Below, piece after piece: positions 60,579-64,000 of a stretch of 64,000 nucleotides of DNA. The translations under genes were made by a program, and so were the position numbers. Source of the DNA: Alphaproteobacteria bacterium (GTDB lineage Bacteria; Pseudomonadota; Alphaproteobacteria; Bin95); the NCBI GenBank assembly GCA_964291285.2, contig OZ219787.1:416001-480000 (forward strand), read 5' to 3'. How positions within the stretch are numbered: the first letter of the stretch is position 1; each line of letters opens with the position of its first letter. The notes under the pieces are model-generated. The model did no database searches, was not told the DNA's origin, and saw nothing but the letters and a program-made list of their open reading frames with translations.

Positions 60579-61868
60579 ATGACGATTGAATGCGGATCGT
60601 CCGTTCCGCCTATCGGAATCGTTCTGCCGAACCTCGACGGGGGCGGAGCGGAGCGGGCGACGCTGACGCTGGCGGCGTCCCTCATCGAGCGGGGGCACCG
60701 GATCGACCTCGTGCTGATGCGCCTGAAAGGGCGCTACAAGACGACGATCCCGGACGGAATCCGGCTGTATCACCAGCGCTTGGGGAGGCCCGACAAGGCG
60801 CTCGCCGCGCATTGCCGCGAACGCGGTATCGACGCGCGGGTGCTGGCCCTGGAACCGCTCGGGACGCTGAGGGCATGGCACGTTCTGCGGCGGCGATTTC
60901 CGGAAATCGAAGTCAGGCTGTCCCATGCCCGGGCGGCCCACGGCGTCGCCCGCTATGTCCGCGAAGCGAGGCCCCGGCTTCTGCTGTCCGCGCTTCCGTT
61001 CGCGAACGACGCATCCGCACTCGGGGTGACGCTGGCAGGGCATTCCGTTCCGCTGGTCGTTTCGCTTCGCGTCAATGTCGGGACGAGCTACAGCGAGAAG
61101 AGGAAGTCCGCCGCCCGGGTCTTGACCCCGGTGGCGGATGCCACGGTCGCTATATCGAAGGGCGTTGCTGCGGACGCCATCGAAACGCTTGGCCTGGATG
61201 AACGAAGCGTGCATGCAATTTATAATGCGCAGCCGCTCGCGGATATCCGGCGCCTCGCCGAAGAGGAGGCGGCCCATCCCTGGTTCGCAGACTCCGCTTC
61301 CCCGGTCATCCTGACGGTGTTGAGGGAAGGGCGTCAAAAGGACCCGGCAACGCTTGTCGCCGCGTTCCGCCATGTCCGCGACGAGCTGCCCGCCCGCCTT
61401 GCCATCCTGGGCAACCTCTCCGATGAATACAGGGCGGAAACCATGGCGCTGGCCGCAGGCTTCGCAGTGGAGAAGGACGTGGCGTTTCTGGGCTTCGACG
61501 AGAACCCTTTCCGCTATATGCGGCGGGCCGGGGTATTCGTACTCTCATCGCGCTATGAAGGATTTGCGAACGTGCTCACAGAGGCGATGGCTTGCGGAAC
61601 GCCGGTGGTGAGCACCGATGCGCCTTATGGCCCGGCCGAGATTCTCGAAGGCGGCCGATGGGGCCAGCTGACTCCGGTCGGCGACGCGCCGGCGCTCGCC
61701 GCGGCGATAATCGACGCCTTGAAAGGAAAGGCGATTGCGGCGGAAGCGCTCCGACGCCGGGCCGACGACTTCTCCGCCGACCGCGCGGCCGCGGCCTATG
61801 AGGCGTTGTTCTCCTCACTGATCGACCGGCGCGCCGACGCCGCGGCCGTGGACCGGGATGTTCGGTAG
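60579..61868 (+). CDS. GT4 (GT-B) glycosyltransferase
   Basis: GGGAER and FVLSSRYEGFANVLTEAMACGTPVV motifs; AAGGAGG ribosome-binding site. Confidence 0.95.
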   Translation: MTIECGSSVPPIGIVLPNLDGGGAERATLTLAASLIERGHRIDLVLMRLKGRYKTTIPDGIRLYHQRLGRPDKALAAHCRERGIDARVLALEPLGTLRAWHVLRRRFPEIEVRLSHARAAHGVARYVREARPRLLLSALPFANDASALGVTLAGHSVPLVVSLRVNVGTSYSEKRKSAARVLTPVADATVAISKGVAADAIETLGLDERSVHAIYNAQPLADIRRLAEEEAAHPWFADSASPVILTVLREGRQKDPATLVAAFRHVRDELPARLAILGNLSDEYRAETMALAAGFAVEKDVAFLGFDENPFRYMRRAGVFVLSSRYEGFANVLTEAMACGTPVVSTDAPYGPAEILEGGRWGQLTPVGDAPALAAAIIDALKGKAIAAEALRRRADDFSADRAAAAYEALFSSLIDRRADAAAVDRDVR

Positions 61869-61871
61869 GCC

Positions 61872-62732
61872 ATGAAAGAAAAATGGAGATGGAAGCTCCT
61901 GCCGAAGACCCCCTGGGGAGACAGGTTCTTCGGTCGATATCGCTTCTACAGGAGGCTCAGGCGTTTCCCGGAGAATCCTCCGGTTGGGTTCAACGACCAT
62001 CTTTTTGCCCTGAAAGCGGGCGGCACGGCTTACGATCCCCGGATTCAATATCTGACGGACAAGGAGTATGCGAAACAATATATTTCGTCGGTCGTGGGCA
62101 ACAATTACACGACGGAGACCTACCGTATCCTACACAACAGGGAAGAGTTGAAGGCCTATATCCCGGATCGGTTCCCGTGCATTTTCAAGCCGACGCATTC
62201 GAGTGGTCAGGCGGTGATTTGTGCGGATGATTCCGTTTCTCTGGACCGTGAAGAGCTTGGGACATGGTTTTCCATCGACTATTATTCACGTTCCCGGGAA
62301 CAGAATTACCGCCATCTGGTCCCGAAAATCATCGTTGAGGAATTCTTTTCCAAAGACGGTCGAACGGTGCCGGACGACTACAAGGTCTTTTGCTTTCGGG
62401 GCGTTCCGAAATTGATACAGGTCGACTCGGGCCGTTTCTCCCAACATACCCGAAATCTTTACGATACATCGTGGGTCCGGCTTCCCGTGACTTACGTCTA
62501 TCCGAACAGAACGAAGGACGATCCGAAGCCCGCGCTACTCGGCGAGATGCTTCATGTAGCGCAGCAACTGTCAGCGCCCTTTCCTTTTGTACGAGTGGAC
62601 ATGTACTCCACCGAATCCGAATTGCGAGTGGGAGAATTGACATTCTTTCCAGAAACCGCTTCGGGATTGCTGAGTCCTGTCGAGGCGGAATTCACCCTGG
62701 GCGAGTATTTCCGCTGTCAGGATTCGGAATAG
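61872..62732 (+). CDS. TupA-like ATP-grasp protein
   Basis: TDK, KPTHSSG, IIVEE, DYKVFCF, VRVD and GELTF motifs. Confidence 0.92.
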   Translation: MKEKWRWKLLPKTPWGDRFFGRYRFYRRLRRFPENPPVGFNDHLFALKAGGTAYDPRIQYLTDKEYAKQYISSVVGNNYTTETYRILHNREELKAYIPDRFPCIFKPTHSSGQAVICADDSVSLDREELGTWFSIDYYSRSREQNYRHLVPKIIVEEFFSKDGRTVPDDYKVFCFRGVPKLIQVDSGRFSQHTRNLYDTSWVRLPVTYVYPNRTKDDPKPALLGEMLHVAQQLSAPFPFVRVDMYSTESELRVGELTFFPETASGLLSPVEAEFTLGEYFRCQDSE

Positions 62733-63109
62733 CTGCCAAGCTAGGCAGATGTGTAAGGCTAAACTAATGGGAATGCGAGCTTCCCCGTGTTCTACAGGCT
62801 TTGGTTCGGGACACTTACCAGTTACTGATTTGAGAATCACCGCAGTAGAACTCGTGGCTCGCGAACAGCCGAAGCGGTATAGTCAGCCGCCAAATGAATT
62901 ACGAATACATGCGGTACGCTTATCGTGGCCTACATCGCAATGCTCATCCAGAAGCTCAAGGGTGGCGGGCGGAACGGAGCGTGTTCAGAACCGCCGGCGG
63001 GCTGGTGGAACGGGGCACGACGCGGATATCGTGCTCTTCTCGCCGAGCTCCGTTTACCCCAGGGAGTTGCTCTGGTCGTGCTGCGCGGCCCCTCCCCCTT
63101 CCAAAGTGC

Positions 63110-64000
63110 TCAGCTCCACGCCTCGGCGCAGGCCCGCGCATCAAGGTGGTAACCGGGGTCGAAAAGCTTTGCGAGTTCTATGTCGGCGGCGGGCGGAAGC
63201 AGCAAGTCGCTCGCGCCTCTCGGGCAGAATGTCAACTCGCCGACCCTTATATCCGCTTCGCAAACATACAGGTCCACCCGAACGAATGGAAACGGCGAGG
63301 CGAGAAGCGATGCAATCCTCAAAATCTCGCTCAATCGTCGGGGCATTTCGTCGTCTTCCGGCCCGGTCGGGACTCCATAGGTGATCGGTAGTCGGTTCCA
63401 CTCAAGGTCGTAGAAGTTCTGCGTGTGCTTTCCGAACCGATCCGAGTCCACCTGGATCAGCTTCGGGACGCCATGGAAACAGAACAACTTGTAATCCTTC
63501 GGCACGGACACGCCGTCCTCGGAAAGGAATTCCTCGACGATGATCTTTGGGCGGAGATGGCGGTAATTGCCTTCCCTTGTACCTCTATAGTGGTTCTTCT
63601 CAAGCCATTTGCAAAGGAAGTTGCGGCCGATGGCCTTGTCCGGGTCGGTGTGGAGGAGTATCGGGCCGCTCATATGCGTCGGTTTCAGCACGCAGGGCAC
63701 GCGGTCTGGGACAAACGCCCTTATCTCGTCGGGGCTCCTAAGGACCCGGTAGGTCTCCGGCGCATAACCCGGCCCGACCGTGTTCTCGATATAGAGCTTT
63801 GCCAACTCCTTGTCTGTGACGAACTGGTATAGTGGATCCAGCAGTGAACCGTCCGTCTTGATCCGGTAAAGCAGGTCGGTCAGCCGCCCCGCACCTTCGG
63901 GGTCTGGCTGCCGGCCTTGCCTGCGCGCGAACCGCCGCCGGCAGAACTCCCGGTCCCCCCAAGCATTGCGCGGTAGCCGGCGCCGCGGGATCAGGCGGAG
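63110..64000 (-). CDS. TupA-like ATP-grasp protein (5' end outside the window)
   Basis: Frame stays open to the window edge; VTDK, KPTHMSG, DYKLFCF, VRVDLY and GELTF motifs. Confidence 0.9.
   Translation of the reverse strand, partial: LRLIPRRRLPRNAWGDREFCRRRFARRQGRQPDPEGAGRLTDLLYRIKTDGSLLDPLYQFVTDKELAKLYIENTVGPGYAPETYRVLRSPDEIRAFVPDRVPCVLKPTHMSGPILLHTDPDKAIGRNFLCKWLEKNHYRGTREGNYRHLRPKIIVEEFLSEDGVSVPKDYKLFCFHGVPKLIQVDSDRFGKHTQNFYDLEWNRLPITYGVPTGPEDDEMPRRLSEILRIASLLASPFPFVRVDLYVCEADIRVGELTFCPRGASDLLLPPAADIELAKLFDPGYHLDARACAEAWS

Overview
GC-rich window that looks alphaproteobacterial (inference from gene content). It has three parts. (1) 1-15.5 kb: mostly minus-strand housekeeping and metabolic genes (GPP34-P450 fusion split by an IS1595, TPR protein, amtB-glnK, UbiH-type hydroxylase, SCO, ThDP enzyme, Baeyer-Villiger monooxygenase, DenD-like, DUF971, Trm112, LON-N, thioredoxin/CnoX). 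(2) About 15.6-60.2 kb: a decayed ICE or plasmid-derived island with a split FseA-like activator, two surface-protein genes, a Cre-like recombinase, an 18-kb leading-region block, a truncated SMC-like operon and ten IS copies, several nested. (3) 60.2-64 kb: surface-polysaccharide genes. The main finding is that the Cre-like gene is bracketed by two 34-bp loxP-architecture sites (13-8-13) with identical 6-bp cores in inverted orientation. This predicts a self-inverting 1.4-kb switch directly upstream of the surface-protein operon. The two surface proteins also appear to share one cadherin-like domain split between them, suggesting donor-strand complementation. No tRNA, rRNA or CRISPR array was seen. 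All family calls come from motif recognition by eye; no database search was run.
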